Shown: positions 61,420 through 64,000 of the stretch, piece after piece | How the letters are laid out: each line of letters starts with the position of its first letter | Numbering within the stretch: position 1 is the first letter of the stretch | Assembly (NCBI RefSeq): GCF_963921235.1 | Contig: NC_086097.1 | Coordinates: 221,776,001-221,840,000 of the forward strand | DNA length: 64,000 bases | Reading direction: 5' to 3' | Origin: Mobula hypostoma | Lineage: Eukaryota | Translations under genes and position numbers: made by a program | The notes under the pieces: generated by a model | Told to the model about the DNA's origin: nothing | Databases searched by the model: none | The model's input: the letters and a program-made list of their open reading frames with translations, nothing else

Positions 61420-63597
61420 TGGCCCTACGACTCAGAAGGGAAGAGAGGAGAAGAAGTGAGCTGTAGTGATTGGGGATTCGTTAGTAGGGGAACAGACAGA
61501 AGGTTCTGTGGGCGAGTACAAGATTTCCAGATGCTATGTTGCCTCCGGGTGTTAGTGTCCAGGATATTTCAGATGAAGTCCTCAGAATTCTTTTGTGGGA
61601 GAGTGAACAGCCAGAAGTTGTGGTCCACATAGGTACCAATGACATGGATAGGACGAGTGACAAGGGTCTGCATAGTGAGTTAGGTGCTAAGTTAAAGGGC
61701 AGGACCTCCAGGGTTGTGATCTCAGGATTGCTACCCGTGCCACGTGCTAGTGAATCTAGAAGTAGGAAGACTATACAGTTTAATATGTGGCTAAGGAGTT
61801 GGTGCAGGAGGGAGGGCATAAGATTTTTGGTTAATTGGGCTCACTTCCAGGGAAGGTGGGACCTGTACTGAAGGGATGGTTGGCACCTAAATTGGAGGGA
61901 GACGAGCATTCTAGTAGGCAGGTTTGTTAATACTGCATGGTGGGGTTTAAACTAGAGTTGTAGAGGGATGGGAAGCAGAATGCCAGAACAGTTAGTGGAG
62001 AGGTTGTGCAGGCAGATGTTGGTAAAACCTCAGATGAAGTTAGGAATCAAAAGGTTGAGCATGGTATGAAAACTGTCCTGAGCTGTGTACATTTCAATGC
62101 AAGATGTATTGTAGGAAGGGCAGATGATAGTGCTGAAGATGAGGTAGCTGGTTTACAAACAGAAACAATGTGTAGTGAGCAGAGGCTGTTGATAGGGAAA
62201 AATTGCAGTCAACAGGATGAGTTTCAAGATAAAAGGCGGACAAAATCGGGAAGGGTGAATACAGGACTCAAGTTGTAATATTTGAATGCACACATTATAT
62301 GGAATAAGGTTGACGGACTTGCAGCACAGTTGCAGATTGGCAGGTATGATGTTGTATGCATCACTGAATCATGGCTGGAAGAAGATTATAGCTGGGAGCT
62401 TAATGTCCAAAGATACACATTGTATCGGAAGGACAGACAAGGAAGGAAGAAGGGACGGCATTGCTTTTTGGTGAAAAATGAAATCAAATCATTAGAAAGA
62501 GGTGTCATTGGGTCAGAAGGTATTGAATCATTGTGGATAGAGCTAAGGAACTGCAGGTGTAAAAGGACCCTGATGGAAATTGTATACAGACCCCCAAACA
62601 GTAGTAGTGGTCTACAAATTACAAATGGAGATAGAAAATGCAATGTTAAAGTAGTCATGGGGGAATTTCAAAATACAGCTAGATTGAGAAATCAGGTTGG
62701 TGCTGGATTCCAGGAGGGGGAATTTCAAGAGTGCCAGTGAGATGACATTTAAGAACAACTCACTTTTCTGTGGATTGTCACCTTGTCGTGGTGGAGAAGC
62801 TTGTGTGGTCCTGTGATCCTGAGAGAAATGCCATCTGGAGCTATGCTCCTGGTAGGGTCATCCGTGGCGGTAAGTTTGAGGGTGAGGTCCCTGACAAAGA
62901 ATAATCCAACCAAGACCTCAACGGTGGAACAGGCAGACGAAGTTACTTTGAACTCAACGGCAGTGAAGGTGGATGAAGGCTGAACCAGAATTGATTAGAA
63001 AGCTTAAGGTAAAAGAAATCATAGGAATAAGCGATCATAAAATGATTGAATTCAGCCTAAAATTTGAGAAGGAGAAGCTAAAGTCAGATGTATCAGTATT
63101 ACAGTGAAGTGAAGGGAATTACAGAGGCATGAAAGAGAGGTTGGTCAGAATTGATTGGAAAAGAACACTGGCAGGGATGACGCCAGAGCAGGAATAACTA
63201 GAATCTCTGGAAGCAATTTGGAAGGCACAAGATATATACATCCCAAAGAGGAAGAGGTATATTAAAGGCAAGAATACACGACCAGTTCAAAGTCAACGTA
63301 AAAGCATTTAACAGAGCAAAAATTAGTGGGAAGTTAGAGAATTGGGAAGCTTTTAAATACCAACTGAAGACAACTAAAATGTCATAAAGAAGGTAAATAT
63401 GGAATACAAAAGTAAGCTAGCCAATAATATTAAAGAGGATACCAAAAGTTCCTTCAGATACATGAAGCGTAAAAGAGTGGAGAGATTGGATATCGAACCA
63501 CTGGAAAATTATGCTAGAGAGGTAGTAATGGGGTAACAATGAAATAGCAGATGAACTGAATAAGTATTCTGCATGAGTCTTCACTATGGAAGACACT
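61420..63597 (+). mobile_element. CR1 LINE 5' half (ORF1 SGNH esterase plus APE), degenerate
   Basis: VIGDSLV, VVVHIGTND and VVISGLLPVP (ORF 61536-61871); ITESWL and YRPPNS (ORF 62282-62740). Confidence 0.9.
62764..62985 (+). mobile_element. Second, 3'-truncated copy of the RTE-derived short element
   Basis: Colinear with 20102-20322. Confidence 0.8.
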
Positions 63598-64000
63598 AGC
63601 TGTACGGTGGTAGTAGTGAGGTCGGAGATGGTATTAAACAGGAAATTAGAAATGTGTGCAATAAAGGAACAGCAGTTATAATGGGTGACTTCAATCTACA
63701 TGTAGATTGGGTGAACCAAATTGGTAAAGGTGCTGAGGAAGAGGATTTCTTGGAATGTATGCGGGATGGTTTTTTGAACCAACATGTCGAGGAACCAACT
63801 AGAGAGCAGGCTATTCTAGACTGGGTTTTGAGCAATGAGGAAGGGTTAATTAGCAATCTTGTCGTGAGAGGCCCCTTGGGTAAGAGTGACCATAATATGG
63901 TGGAATTCTTCATTAAGATGGAGAGTAACATAGTTAATTCAGAAACAAAGGTTCTGAACTTAAAGAGGGGTAACTTTGAAGGTATGAGACGTGAATTAGC
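63598..64000 (+). mobile_element. Different CR1 copy (APE domain), running off the window
   Basis: Open plus-strand frame IMGDFNLHVDW...PTREQAILDWVLSNE...GKSDHNMVEF. Confidence 0.9.

Overview
Repeat-rich vertebrate genomic DNA. The TE spectrum (CR1, Rex1/Babar, RTE, L1, Penelope-like, Tc1, HE1/V-type SINE, DeuSINE) suggests a cartilaginous fish, probably a batoid; this is inference. The only host protein-coding gene I can support is a two-exon, minus-strand bHLH gene of the TCF21/musculin (MyoR) family (CDS 47863-47426 + 45392-45306, 174 aa). Its sequence mixes TCF21-type and MSC-type residues, and it lies in an AT-rich, CpG-retaining, TE-poor domain (~44.5-50.8 kb). Most of the rest is nested retroelement and DNA-transposon debris. 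Highlights: (1) a young ~465-bp Penelope-derived mini-element (20623-21087) with a 14-bp target duplication and two intact minimal hammerhead ribozyme motifs in inverted orientation; (2) a 5S-rRNA-derived head next to a Penelope hammerhead-like tail (30398-30725); (3) short RTE-derived elements; (4) two solo LTRs; (5) templated-insertion scars; (6) candidate conserved enhancers. TE boundaries without a TSD are approximate. Family assignments and reference sequences come from recalled motifs, not database searches.
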